Translations under genes and position numbers: made by a program
Source of the DNA: Ranitomeya imitator
Taxonomy: Eukaryota
Direction of reading: 5' to 3'
NCBI RefSeq assembly: GCF_032444005.1
Contig: NC_091283.1
Coordinates: 32,860,001 to 32,924,000 of the forward strand
DNA length: 64,000 nt
Part shown: positions 49,897-61,798 of the stretch, piece after piece
How the letters are laid out: the number at the start of each line of letters is the position of its first letter
Position numbering within the stretch: the stretch's first letter is position 1
Notes under the pieces: generated by a model
Database searches by the model: none
Told to the model about the DNA's origin: nothing
Seen by the model: only the letters and a program-made list of their open reading frames with translations

Positions 49897-52276
49897 TGGT
49901 CAACTCCTTCAGCTGGAAAACTTATTTAAAGTGGGGAGCTAAAAATGGGGAAAAAAACTTTTCTAAATATGTTATGTTGTGTTGTGTATTGGAAATTAGG
50001 GTTGAGGATTCAATATCATCAGTTAGCCAGTGCAAATAATATCTACAAATAGTTCATTTCATATCCACCCACCATCAGCCCATAAGTTTCTCCCATAGCG
50101 TACACCTGATTACTGGTCTCAGTAGTAGGACATCCTATAACAAGTTTATTTTACAGGGAATATGTAATCAGAAAATGACCAATTTATTAAATTTATTATC
50201 ATGTTTTTGTTTTAATTTTTTGCCAATGATTTTTATATCACAAATTTAGTGGCAATGAAAATGATGAATCTTGCAATTTTCACATTGGCCACTGGAACTT
50301 TTTTTTATACCAATTTCCTGTTTTAGGAAATGCACATGTACATTAATAGTAATGATCAAACACAGACTATTTTTTGAATTGAAGCATTACATCTAATGAG
50401 CATCTGAAAAGTTCATTGTGAAGTCAGACAGGGGATTGTGAATGGTTGATTCTGTGTTATTAGCTGTGTATAGAATTATCAGACATTGTACAGGTGGAGG
50501 TGAGCTGCAACAGAGACTATTGTGATTAGTGGATCCTGTGGTGTGGTATGAGCTGTGCTTTGAGGCGTTACCTGCTAATATAATCCTGCCTCTGATTATA
50601 AGGAAATTGCAGAAAACTCATGCTAATAGAATTGGAAGTATGAGTCGAAAAGGGCCCCCTTGATCAGTTTGAAAATTGCAAGATTATGAATTTTGTTTTT
50701 TTTAATAAAGATAGTAATATGAAAAATAAAATATTGACAACTTTTTTCTTTTAAATACTTGTAACAAGAAATCATTACTTAAATAATGAGTCGATTTCTG
50801 ATGACACATTAACTTTAAAAAGGATCCCTTTAAAACAGAAAAGGATTGGTCTACAGCTTGTTAATAGCTAAAGGGCTGGAGAGATTTTGGAAGAGCTCGT
50901 TCCCCAGATATTTGGTACAAAACCCATTTACTGATCATAAATTCTCACTTTATTTTAGAATTGATGGTACTGAACCATCGACAAATTGCATAAAATGTAC
51001 CTTAATTAATCTTCACTGTCATGGAGATGCTCATCAGCCATCTGCACAATGCTTCACATGTAGTGTGAGTGCCTACACTTCTCACCTACAATATATGGGC
51101 TGATGTTTACACCCACTGCGGTACCTTACGTGAAACAGATATTCACATAGCACTGGTGCTAGCTTTCTTTTCTATATTTACAAGATCCATCTCATAGATA
51201 AAAGCCATTCTTTATTAGATACTTTATCATTACTACAAATGCAATTCATATGTAGTTACTGAAAATCTGTGTCCACTACCTTTTAAATAAATGTGTGTCA
51301 AAGCTCTTGATGCAGTAATGTGCATGGAGGAGATCAAATCTGATCTTTTTGCCACTTGGCTGCCATGGACTCATTTCTGTTTTTCCCCTGCGATCTGTAC
51401 TTGGCTTTGAGAAGATATTGTCCCATCCTCCATAAAAACTGAAGGAGATGGAGTCAAAAAGCCTGTCTATAGTAAGTCCACAAGTTTTTATTACCACATA
51501 ATACAGCAACATTTAATAAAAATATTTTTCACCCAGAATTAATAGTAATACACAGTATCAGGTAGATTGTAAAGGACTTCAGCACAATGGGTCTGGAAGT
51601 CAGCATATAACACTATAGTAAGAGGATCGGGGGAAATATGTTCCTAAAAAATACTCAGGTAAAATAGGTGTTAATGCTCCTTTTAAAAGGCCAAAAGTAC
51701 AATATAGCTGGTTCAGGAGTAGTCCTTACCCACATGTGAATCTTAGTGTGACTGCAGACTCCCAGCCCCAATGCACAATTCGCTCCGAGGAAGCCCACAT
51801 GAAATACCAGACTTAAGGTAAATAAAACTCCTAAAGGGTTTTTGGCATTGCTCTCACTCCCAGTTTTTAAGCTTTCTATTGGTTCATCCAACATTTTTTA
51901 TATTGCAAATCTTACATTCGATACAATAAATGACAGGATCAGAATCATGATTGATTAAATCGTTGATCACATCAAGCGATAATTTGTGTCTTCGTTCTTA
52001 TTGTGCCTTCTGCATGTAATACTGCAATCATTGTTTTCTTTAGTCTAACCTTTGTACTGCACATTCAGGGGTAACGAGTGCTCTCATAGATGGCTGATCA
52101 CTCCTCCCTTCAGTCTAAGGATATGTGCCAAAAATGACTTTTCCAGGTGATACCCTTTCAAACCCGCCTGAAAAAGAGCTCAGAGAAACATTGAAAATAA
52201 TGAACCTATGCACAGAACTAATTGCTATACATTTGTTACATCTTTTTAAACTTTTTTATTTAACTATGCCCGTACT

Positions 52277-52393
52277 GGGCAGCACGGTGGCTTAGTGGTT
52301 AGCACTGCAGCCTTGCAGCGCTGGAGTCCTGGGCTCTAATCCCACTGAGGACAACATCTGCAAAGAGTTTGTATGTTCTCTCCGTGTTTGCGT

Positions 52394-52424
<31 letters not shown>

Positions 52425-52444
52425 ACATTCCAAAGACATACTGC
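52277..52444 (+). mobile_element. tRNA-derived V-SINE, 3'-truncated
   Basis: A-box TGGCTTAGTGG, B-box-like GGGCTCTAATCC, then the V-domain-type GGGTTTCCTCCGGGCACTCCGGTTTCCTCCCAC. Confidence 0.8.
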
Positions 52445-53348
52445 GCCAATGTCTTCTCTAAATAACCAGAGAACTGGCAGATCCAACTTCCATCAGTTCT
52501 GCCTCCGCTAAGTGGACAGGATTGGAGGGGGAATGACCGAACCTCTCTGTCTCTCATCATGCCGGTCCCAATTTCTGTGATCCAACTGAACAGCCTTAGT
52601 CATGGCATCCTCCAAGGAACAAGGTGGAGTATGGCGAGCCAGAGCGTCTTTGAGAGTATCTGAGAGGCCTTTGTGGAAGTGGCACCTGAGAGCTGCATCA
52701 TTCCACAGCACGTCCATGGACCATTGCCGGAACTTGGTACAGTAATCGTCAGTGGTGTGGCCCCCCTGTGTCAGAGTCACAATCTTTGTCTCCGCAACAT
52801 GGATCCTGTGAGGTTCAATACTGGTGGAAAGAAAAAAAAGTATTTGGGCCAATTGTAATGTGACACGTGTCACCACTCATGAACTTACCTTGAGGCAGGA
52901 TAATCAAGAGGTCTGAGGTCAGTACCAAGAGGGCTCATAATAGACAAAGGGAAAGGACAAAAGTGTAGTCAGGCAGCAGTCTGAGGTCAGAGTATCAAGA
53001 AGGTAGCGGATCAAGACAAAGGGGAAAGTCAAACGGATGGTCCAAAGTTAAATCCAAGGTCTGATTGGAGATCAGGATACAACTCAGAGCAGAGTAGTCA
53101 CACACACTACTTGAGCAAAGCTACAATTGGCAAAGGTCTGACAATTGTCAGAGTGCTAAATAGCCCTGTAATCATCCGGAATGGATGACACCTGGAGAAG
53201 ATCCCACAGACACCGCCAGATAGGGCGGCTGAGATGTCAATCACAATACTCCTACCTCAGCCTCAGATTGGGCAGTAGAGCGGATACTCACAATCCTGAC
53301 AGCTCAGCCATCCCTCGATCCCATAGGGCAGCAGAGCTGTAAGTCACA
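52445..53348 (-). mobile_element. Degenerate Gypsy (sushi-type) remnant: 5' LTR 52859-53348, PBS, gag fragment
   Basis: TGTGAC..GTCACA LTR termini. ORF 52508-52876 (QGGHTTDDYCTKFRQWS..WNDAAL..KGLSD) is homologous to the gag of the 54153 element. Confidence 0.75.
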
Positions 53349-54152
53349 TCGTCTTTAGGACCTCGTGAGTGTTGGAATCGGGACACTTACCATGTGTCAA
53401 AAATGAATTCAATGTGAATAAGGGTATACGTGGCCTCCATGTATTTGAGCTGAACATTATGTTTATATAGCTTCCCATAGCTGGTTGTCAACAGTCTCGC
53501 CCCGGTCCTGCTCGGTCATTATGCAGCGCCCCAGAGTCCTGGTCATTGCAGTAATGTCGCTCTGCCACTAACGGGAGTGATGTTATGTCTGATTGCACTA
53601 AAGGAGTTCACCTGACCAGGTATCACAGTCACACATTACACTTCACACTCCGGCCACCAGGGGGAGCAAAAGGCTCTATGTATTAGGCCACTCCTCACAC
53701 TCTGGTAAAACTGGGGGTTGGACAGGAAGTTAGGGAGAACGCAGTCTGGGAGAGCTCCAGGGAGGACCTGTCAGGGGTGGGTTCCTGGCAGGTACCTAGC
53801 AGAAAGGACAGAACGTTACGGAGCTGCGCCTGCACTACCTTGCGGCGGTATCCTAAGGAAGGACACGAAGCGAAGGATATTGTGGAGAAGTGAGAAACGA
53901 AATCGCAGCACAAGGAGATAAACCAGTAGGAATCGTGCCCCGAGATCGACAACATCCTACTGAGGCGCGTAGCCGGTGGCCGGAACACCGAGGAAGTAAC
54001 AGACTTCAAGCATTACTTCAAACAGCGGCAGGACAGTTGATTATAGGTTGGCTGTCTACCTTACATCACCTAAGCAGACATAGGGGGCAAACGTGGAGAG
54101 GGGCGTCTCTAGGGTCCCAGAATACCTCCGAGCCTACCCATCATACGGGTGC

Positions 54153-57100
54153 TGTTATGGCTGGCAATCAGGCAACACAGCGTGCAGTAATCAGCGCACA
54201 TACAGAGATCTGGCAATAACCCAAAACAATAGGACGAGCTCTGAGACGTGGAATCTCTGTAGACTGCAGTACCTGATCTATCCTCACACAACTGGAAGCA
54301 GCAGTGGATTGCGCCTAACAACTACCTATGCAACTCGGCACTGCCTGAGGAGCTGACTAGCCTGAAGATAGAAAAACAAGCCTGACTTACCTCAGAGAAA
54401 TACCCCAAAGGAATAGGCAGCCCCCACATATAATGACTGTTAGCAAGATGAAAAGACAAACGTAGGAATGAAATAGATTCAGCAAAGTGAGGCCCGATAT
54501 TCTAGACAGAGCGAGGATAGCAAAGAGAACTATGCAGTCTACAAAAAACCCTAAAACGAAAACCACGCAAAGGGGCAAAAAGACCCACCGTGCCGAACTA
54601 ACAGCACGGCGGTGCACCCCTTTGCTTCTCAGAGCTTCCAGCAAAAGATAATAACAAGCTGGACAGAAAAAACAGAAAACAAACTAGAAGCACTTATCTA
54701 GCAGAGCAGCAGGCCCAAGGAAAGATGCAGTAGCTCAGATCCAACACTGGAACATTGACAAGGAGCAAGGAAGACAGACTCAGGTGGAGCTAAATAGCAA
54801 GGCAGCCAACGAGCTCACCAAAACACCTGAGGGAGGAAGCCCAGAGACTGCAATACCACTTGTGACCACAGAAGTGAACTCAGCCACAGAATTCACAACA
54901 GTACCCCCCCCTTGAGGAGGGGTCACCGAACCCTCACCAGAACCCCCAGGCTGACCAGGATGAGCCACATGAAAGGCACGAACAAGATCTGGGGCATGGA
55001 CATCAGAGGCAAAAACCCAGGAATTATCTTCCTGAGCATAACCCTTCCATTTGACCAGATACTGGAGTTTCCGTCTAGAGACACGAGAATCCAAAATCTT
55101 CTCCACAATATACTCCAATTCCCCCTCCACCAAAACAGGGGCAGGAGGCTCCACAGATGGAACCATAGGTGCCACGTATCTCCTCAACAACAACCTATGG
55201 AATACATTATGTATGGAAAAGGAGTCTGGGAGGGTCAGACGAAAAGACACCGGATTGAGAATCTCAGAAATCCTATACGGACCAATAAAACGAGGTTTAA
55301 ATTTAGGAGAGGAAACCTTCATAGGTATATGACGAGAAGATAACCAAACCAGATCCCCAACACGAAGTCGGGGTCCCACACGGCGTCTGCGATTAGCGAA
55401 AAGCTGAGCCTTCTCCTGGGACAAGGTCAAATTGTCCACTACCTGAGTCCAGATCTGCTGCAACCTGTCCACCACATTATCCACACCAGGACAGTCCGAA
55501 GACTCAACCTGTCCTGAAGAGAAACGAGGATGGAACCCAGAATTGCAGAAAAATGGAGAGACCAAGGTAGCCGAGCTGGCCCGATTATTAAGGGCGAACT
55601 CAGCCAACGGCAAAAATGACACCCAATCATCCTGGTCAGCGGAAACAAAACATCTCAGATATGTTTCCAAGGTCTGATTGGTTTGTTCGGTCTGGCCATT
55701 AGTCTGAGGATGGAAGGCCGAGGAAAAAGATAGGTCAATGCCCATCCTACCACAAAAGGCTCGCCAGAACCTCGAGACAAACTGGGAACCTCTGTCAGAA
55801 ACAATATTCTCAGGAATGCCATGTAAACGAACCACATGCTGGAAGAACAAAGGCACCAAATCAGAGGAGGAAGGCAATTTAACCAAGGGCACCAGATGGA
55901 CCATTTTAGAAAAGCGATCACAGACCACCCAAATGACAGACATCTTTTGAGAAACAGGAAGGTCAGAAATGAAATCCATCGAAATATGTGTCCAAGGCCT
56001 CTTCGGGACCGGCAAGGGCAAAAGCAACCCACTGGCACGTGAACAGCAGGGCTTAGCCCTAGCACAAATTCCACAGGACTGCACAAAAGCACGCACATCC
56101 CGTGACAGAGATGGCCACCAGAAGGATCTAGCAACCAACTCCCTGGTACCAAAGATTCCTGGATGACCGGCCAGCACCGAACAATGAAGTTCAGAGATAA
56201 CTTTACTAGTCCACCTATCAGGGACGAACAGTTTCTCGGCCGGACAACGATCAGGTTTATTAGCCTGAAATTTCTGCAACACTCTCCGCAAATCAGGGGA
56301 GATGGCAGACACAATGACTCCTTCCTTGAGGATACTCGCCGGCTCAGATAACCCCGGAGAGTCGGGCACAAAACTCCTAGACAGAGCATCCGCCTTCACA
56401 TTTTTAGAGCCCGGAAGGTATGAAATCACAAAATCAAAACGAGCAAAAAACAACGACCAACGGGCCTGTCTAGGATTCAAGCGCTTGGCAGACTCAAGAT
56501 AAGTAAGGTTCTTATGATCAGTCAAAACCACCACGCGATGCTTAGCACCCTCAAGCCAATGACGCCACTCCTCGAATGCCCACTTCATGGCCAGCAACTC
56601 TCGGTTGCCCACATCATAATTACGCTCAGCAGCAGAAAATTTCCTGGAAAAGAAAGCACATGGTTTGAACACTGAGCAACCAGAACCTCTCTGTGACAAA
56701 ACCGCCCCTGCACCAATCTCAGAAGCATCAACCTCGACCTGAAACGGAAGAGAAACATCAGGTTGACACAACACAGGGGCACAGCAAAAACGACGCTTCA
56801 ACTCCTGAAAAGCTTCCACGGCAGCAGAAGACCAATTAACCAAATCAGCACCCTTCTTGGTCAAATCGGTCAATGGTCTGGCAATGCTAGAAAAATTACA
56901 GATGAAGCGACGATAAAAATTAGCAAAGCCCAGGAATTTCTGCAAACTTTTTAGAGATGTCGGCTGAGTCCAATCCTGGATGGCCTGAACCTTAACCGGA
57001 TCCATCTCGATAGTAGAAGGGGAAAAGATGAACCCCAAAAATGAAACTTTCTGCACACCGAAGAGACACTTTGATCCCTTCACGAACAAGGAATTAGCAC

Positions 57101-59840
57101 GCAGTACCTGGAAAACCATTCTGACTTGCTTCACATGAGACTCCCAATCATCTGAGAAGATCAAAATGTCATCCAAGTAAACAATCAAGAATTTATCCAG
57201 ATACTCACGGAAAATGTCATGCATTAAAGACTGAAAAACAGATGGAGCATTGGCAAGTCCGAACGGCATCACCAGATACTCAAAATGACCCTCGGGCGTA
57301 TTAAATGCCGTTTTCCATTCATCTCCCTGCCTGATTCTCACCAGATTATACGCACCACGAAGATCAATCTTAGTAAACCAACTAGCCCCCTTAATCCGAG
57401 CAAACAAGTCAGAAATCAATGGCAAGGGATACTGAAACTTAACAGTGATCTTATTAAGAAGGCGGTAATCAATACACGGTCTTAGCGAACCATCCTTCTT
57501 GGCTACAAAAAAGAACCCTGCTCCCAATGGTGACGACGATGGGCGAATATGTCCCTTCTCCAGGGACTCCTTCACATAACTGCGCATAGCGGTGTGTTCA
57601 GGTACGGACAAATTAAATAAACGACCCTTAGGGAATTTACTACCAGGAATCAAATCGATAGCACAATCACAATTCCTATGCGGAGGAAGGGCATCAGACT
57701 TGGACTCTTCAAATACATCCTGAAAGTCCGACAAGAACTCTGGGATGTCAGAAGGAATGGATGACGAAATAGACAAAAATGGAACATCACCATGTACTCC
57801 CTGACAACCCCAGCTGGTTACCGACATAGAGTTCCAATCCAATACTGGATTATGGGTTTGTAGCCATGGCAACCCCAACACGACCACATCATGCAAATTA
57901 TGCAGTACCAAAAAGCGAATAACTTCCTGATGTGCAGGAGCCATGCACATGGTCAGCTGGGCCCAGTACTGAGGCTTATTCTTGGCCAGAGGTGTAGCAT
58001 CAATTCCTCTCAACGGAATAGGACACCGCAAAGGCTCCAAGAAAAATCCACAACGTTTAGCATAATCCAAATCCATCAGATTCAGGGCAGCGCCTGAATC
58101 CACAAACGCCATGACAGAATATGATGACAAAGAGCACATTAAGGTAATGGACAAAAGGAATTTGGACTGTACAGTACCAATAACGGCAGAGCTATCGAAC
58201 CGCCTAGTGCGTTTAGGACAATTAGAAATAGCATGAGTAGAATCACCACAATAGAAACACAGTCTGTTCAGACGTCTGTGTTCGTGCCGTTCTACTTTAG
58301 TCATAGTCCTGTCGCACTGCATAGGCTCAGGTTTACTCTCAGACAATACCGCCAGATGGTGCACAGATTTACGCTCGCGCAAGCGACGACCAATCTGAAT
58401 GGCCAAGGACATAGACTCATTCAAACCAGCAGGCATAGGAAATCCCACCATTACATCCTTAAGAGCTTCAGAGAGACCCTTTCTGAACAAAGCCGCTAGT
58501 GCAGATTCATTCCACAGAGTGAGTACTGACCATTTTCTAAATTTCTGACAATATACTTCTACATCATCCTGACCCTGGCATAAAGCCAGCAGATTTTTCT
58601 CAGCTTGATCCACTGAATTAGGCTCATCGTAAAGCAATCCCAGCGCCTGGAAAAATGCATCAACATTACTCAATGCAGAATCTCCTGGTGCAAGAGAAAA
58701 CGCCCAGTCCTGTGGGTCGCCGCGCAAAAAAGAAATAATAATCAAAACCTGTTGAATAGGATTACCAGAAGAATGAGGTTTCAAGGCCAAAAATAGCTTA
58801 CAATTATTTCTGAAGCTCAGGAACTTAGTTCTGTCACCAAAAAACAAATCAGGAATCGGAATTCTTGGTTCTAGCATCGATTTCTGATCAATAGTATCTT
58901 GAATCTTTTGTACATTTACAACGAGATTATCCATTGAGGAGCACAGAGCCTGAATATCCATGTCCACAGCTGTGTCCTGAAGCACTCTAATGTCTAGGGG
59001 AAAAAAAAGACTGAAGACAGAGCTAAGAAAAAAAAATGATGTCAGGATTTCTTTTTTCCCTCTATTGGAAATCATTGAATGGCTCCTTGTACTGTTATGG
59101 CTGGCAATCAGGCAACACAGCGTGCAGTAATCAGCGCACATACAGAGATCTGGCAATAACCCAAAACAATAGGACGAGCTCTGAGACGTGGAATCTCTGT
59201 AGACTGCAGTACCTGATCTATCCTCACACAACTGGAAGCAGCAGTGGATTGCGCCTAACAACTACCTATGCAACTCGGCACTGCCTGAGGAGCTGACTAG
59301 CCTGAAGATAGAAAAACAAGCCTGACTTACCTCAGAGAAATACCCCAAAGGAATAGGCAGCCCCCACATATAATGACTGTTAGCAAGATGAAAAGACAAA
59401 CGTAGGAATGAAATAGATTCAGCAAAGTGAGGCCCGATATTCTAGACAGAGCGAGGATAGCAAAGAGAACTATGTAGTCTACAAAAAACCCTAAAACGAA
59501 AACCACGCAAAGGGGCAAAAAGACCCACCGTGCCGAACTAACAGCACGGCGGTGCACCCCTTTGCTTCTCAGAGCTTCCAGCAAAAGATAATAACAAGCT
59601 GGACAGAAAAAACAGAAAACAAACTAGAAGCACTTATCTAGCAGAGCAGCAGGCCCAAGGAAAGATGCAGTAGCTCAGATCCAACACTGGAACATTGACA
59701 AGGAGCAAGGAAGACAGACTCAGGTGGAGCTAAATAGCAAGGCAGCCAACGAGCTCACCAAAACACCTGAGGGAGGAAGCCCAGAGACTGCAATACCACT
59801 TGTGACCACAGAAGTGAACTCAGCCACAGAATTCACAACA
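54153..59840 (-). mobile_element. Full-length Ty3/Gypsy chromovirus (Tf1/sushi group), 5688 bp
   Basis: 748-bp LTRs at 54153-54900 and 59093-59840; PPT GGGGGGGGTAC next to the 3' LTR; GGGTGC duplicated at 54147-54152 and 59841-59846. Confidence 0.98.
54780..58961 (-). CDS. Gag-Pol polyprotein, single uninterrupted ORF, 1393 aa from the first internal Met
   Basis: Gag, CCHC knuckle (CFYCGDSTHAISNC), protease (VDSGA), RT (YLDD), RNase H (DAS..TDHKNL), integrase (HHCC, MDF/SDRG/QTE, GPY), chromodomain (YIVEKIL..YLVKWKGY). Confidence 0.96.
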   Translation of the reverse strand: MDIQALCSSMDNLVVNVQKIQDTIDQKSMLEPRIPIPDLFFGDRTKFLSFRNNCKLFLALKPHSSGNPIQQVLIIISFLRGDPQDWAFSLAPGDSALSNVDAFFQALGLLYDEPNSVDQAEKNLLALCQGQDDVEVYCQKFRKWSVLTLWNESALAALFRKGLSEALKDVMVGFPMPAGLNESMSLAIQIGRRLRERKSVHHLAVLSESKPEPMQCDRTMTKVERHEHRRLNRLCFYCGDSTHAISNCPKRTRRFDSSAVIGTVQSKFLLSITLMCSLSSYSVMAFVDSGAALNLMDLDYAKRCGFFLEPLRCPIPLRGIDATPLAKNKPQYWAQLTMCMAPAHQEVIRFLVLHNLHDVVVLGLPWLQTHNPVLDWNSMSVTSWGCQGVHGDVPFLSISSSIPSDIPEFLSDFQDVFEESKSDALPPHRNCDCAIDLIPGSKFPKGRLFNLSVPEHTAMRSYVKESLEKGHIRPSSSPLGAGFFFVAKKDGSLRPCIDYRLLNKITVKFQYPLPLISDLFARIKGASWFTKIDLRGAYNLVRIRQGDEWKTAFNTPEGHFEYLVMPFGLANAPSVFQSLMHDIFREYLDKFLIVYLDDILIFSDDWESHVKQVRMVFQVLRANSLFVKGSKCLFGVQKVSFLGFIFSPSTIEMDPVKVQAIQDWTQPTSLKSLQKFLGFANFYRRFICNFSSIARPLTDLTKKGADLVNWSSAAVEAFQELKRRFCCAPVLCQPDVSLPFQVEVDASEIGAGAVLSQRGSGCSVFKPCAFFSRKFSAAERNYDVGNRELLAMKWAFEEWRHWLEGAKHRVVVLTDHKNLTYLESAKRLNPRQARWSLFFARFDFVISYLPGSKNVKADALSRSFVPDSPGLSEPASILKEGVIVSAISPDLRRVLQKFQANKPDRCPAEKLFVPDRWTSKVISELHCSVLAGHPGIFGTRELVARSFWWPSLSRDVRAFVQSCGICARAKPCCSRASGLLLPLPVPKRPWTHISMDFISDLPVSQKMSVIWVVCDRFSKMVHLVPLVKLPSSSDLVPLFFQHVVRLHGIPENIVSDRGSQFVSRFWRAFCGRMGIDLSFSSAFHPQTNGQTEQTNQTLETYLRCFVSADQDDWVSFLPLAEFALNNRASSATLVSPFFCNSGFHPRFSSGQVESSDCPGVDNVVDRLQQIWTQVVDNLTLSQEKAQLFANRRRRVGPRLRVGDLVWLSSRHIPMKVSSPKFKPRFIGPYRISEILNPVSFRLTLPDSFSIHNVFHRLLLRRYVAPMVPSVEPPAPVLVEGELEYIVEKILDSRVSRRKLQYLVKWKGYAQEDNSWVFASDVHAPDLVRAFHVAHPGQPGGSGEGSVTPPQGGGTVVNSVAEFTSVVTSGIAVSGLPPSGVLVSSLAALLFSST

Positions 59841-61067
59841 GGGTGCGTCCTAGCCAGAAAAACTTGGGGGACGGAGAAGAGAAAGAATGAATACGAACGT
59901 TGTGAGGACTATCCCGAATGCTCAGCAGGCAAGGACTACAAAACACAGGCGCTAGTGGGTAGACACTGATCTCCACTTGCAAAGGGAACTCTGGATGTGC
60001 CTTCGGACCGGCCGGACTCAGCCAGCCCTGTTAGCAGTGCTCTGGATTGCGGATCCCGAAGTCTTCAGCAAAAAGGTAAAGAGACTGCAACCCTGTGTCC
60101 TCGTTATTAACTGCGCCTCACATCATCGCCACCTACACTACTGGGAAGCCCTGGGGATATACTTCACCTGTGGGAAGGTATACCATCTAGCTGCCATTCC
60201 ATCACCCCAGCGGACCCCTAAGCAGCGTCGGTCACCCTGACCGAATACCACAGGTGGCGTCACAAACCCTTGACAAACTTTCATCACCCCTTTTATTGGA
60301 CGCCCCTTAGCAGGGTCACGGACCGGGTCCAGCCACCGTGACAACCCCAGCACCGAGACAGAGACGACCGGTACCCAGAACCCCGCGGCCCTGTGTCTGG
60401 GGGTGCTCCAATTATTCCCATTGAGGTAATTTTTGATGCATGGCAAGGTATTAATACTAGGGGTTAGCACCGTCCTGATTAGGCACATCTTGTCGCTAGT
60501 GGGATGACTTTTTTGATCAAAAACAGTGTTTACTAAATGCCTCAAGTTCTTTATATGCACTATTGCTCTTTACTTACTTACAGCACGGTATATGTTCATT
60601 TTGCTTCTATCTTAGGTTTTATCTGTTTAATGGTCAGTGTGAACACGCTCCTACACGTTGCATGTATAACAACTTATATCCCAGTTCATTTCCTTTAGTT
60701 TAGTTACTCTTCAAGTTTACTTCTTAGTTTGTTTCACTTCTTGTTCGGAGCCCTCGAGATTTCATCGCAGCTCAGGAAAAGGTATAAGTGTTTTCATACA
60801 GTGAGAAAGAAGCATCTGCCGTGAATGATGCACCAGGGACGACCCGTGTACATCTTAACCTCACATTACTTCTCGTTCACGTCTTACATTATTATGATGT
60901 GATGGTGTTACATTATTTTACTTCATCCTGTACAATATTGCAGAAGGTAAGTGACTACTTTGCATTATCCAGTAGCCGCCATGTCACGCATTATGCATGT
61001 TTATTACAGTCTTCTAGGATTTTGCACATTCTTGGAATTAAATATTTCTTTTGAGCTATGACGGTAA

Positions 61068-61249
61068 GGGCGCAGTCAGAGGGCCTTATAAATTGGACCG
61101 AAATCGGAACACAGTGCGAGGACTGGCCGGCAGTGTGACAACTTCATGTATTTCTATACAACGTCACGCTTGGGTTGGGAGAGCCGCCGGCCAGTCCTCA
61201 CACTGTGTTCTGATCTTGGTCCGATTTATACAGTCGTCTAACTGCGCCC
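61068..61249. mobile_element. Harbinger-type MITE
   Basis: TAA TSD at 61065-61067 and 61250-61252; GGGCGCAGT...ACTGCGCCC TIRs; palindromic interior. Confidence 0.85.
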
Positions 61250-61798
61250 TAAGAAGAAGAAGTATCATGACATACTTAACCGATTAAGTGCTGGCCTATC
61301 GTAAATTCATGGCCAAGATATTTTAATTTTTATTGCTACATTTTACCAACATTTAGTTTTAATATCTATATAAAGGGTGTGTGGGTTGTAGAAAGGTCAT
61401 TTTGGGAAAAAGAGAGCATTCGTAAAAACCCTGATATTTACCATTGTTTTGCATTTATTTTACACAGTTTACATATGTAGCACAAAGGTTTTTCGGTGAA
61501 GACAAGTTATCAACTATCCACACTGACCTCTTGGTCTTGCACTGATCAGCAGAATAGGGCAGCTATCGCATCACATGATATAGCATAGCCAATTAGGAGT
61601 GACTATCATAGCCAGTGTAAAAGCAGGGGCAGGGAATGCAGCTGATATTTTGTAGTGAACCTGGAAAATGAGCTGACCAATAGCAATAAGAGAAAACTAA
61701 AACATTGAATGAATATTACAAATAGCGTGTGTGACAGCCCAACAATGATAAACATTTACCCATATCCATACACTGTATATTGAGATCACTTAGACATT

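Larger units (their letters stand above)
53522..60410. mobile_element. Solo LTR (~1195 bp net) of an unrelated family hosting the intact Gypsy
   Basis: TGCAGCGCCCCAGA ... TCTGGGGGTGCTCCA inverted termini; 4-bp TSD ATTA at 53518-53521 and 60411-60414. Confidence 0.8.

Noticed and set aside
52277-52350. tRNA gene
   Set aside because: No complete cloverleaf could be folded, the B-box is degenerate, and the sequence continues into a V-SINE body.
58962-59261. First 100 aa of the 1493-aa ORF in the track
   Set aside because: They start at a non-ATG codon inside the 5' LTR/leader. The homologous gag at 63423 starts at the Met equivalent to 58961.
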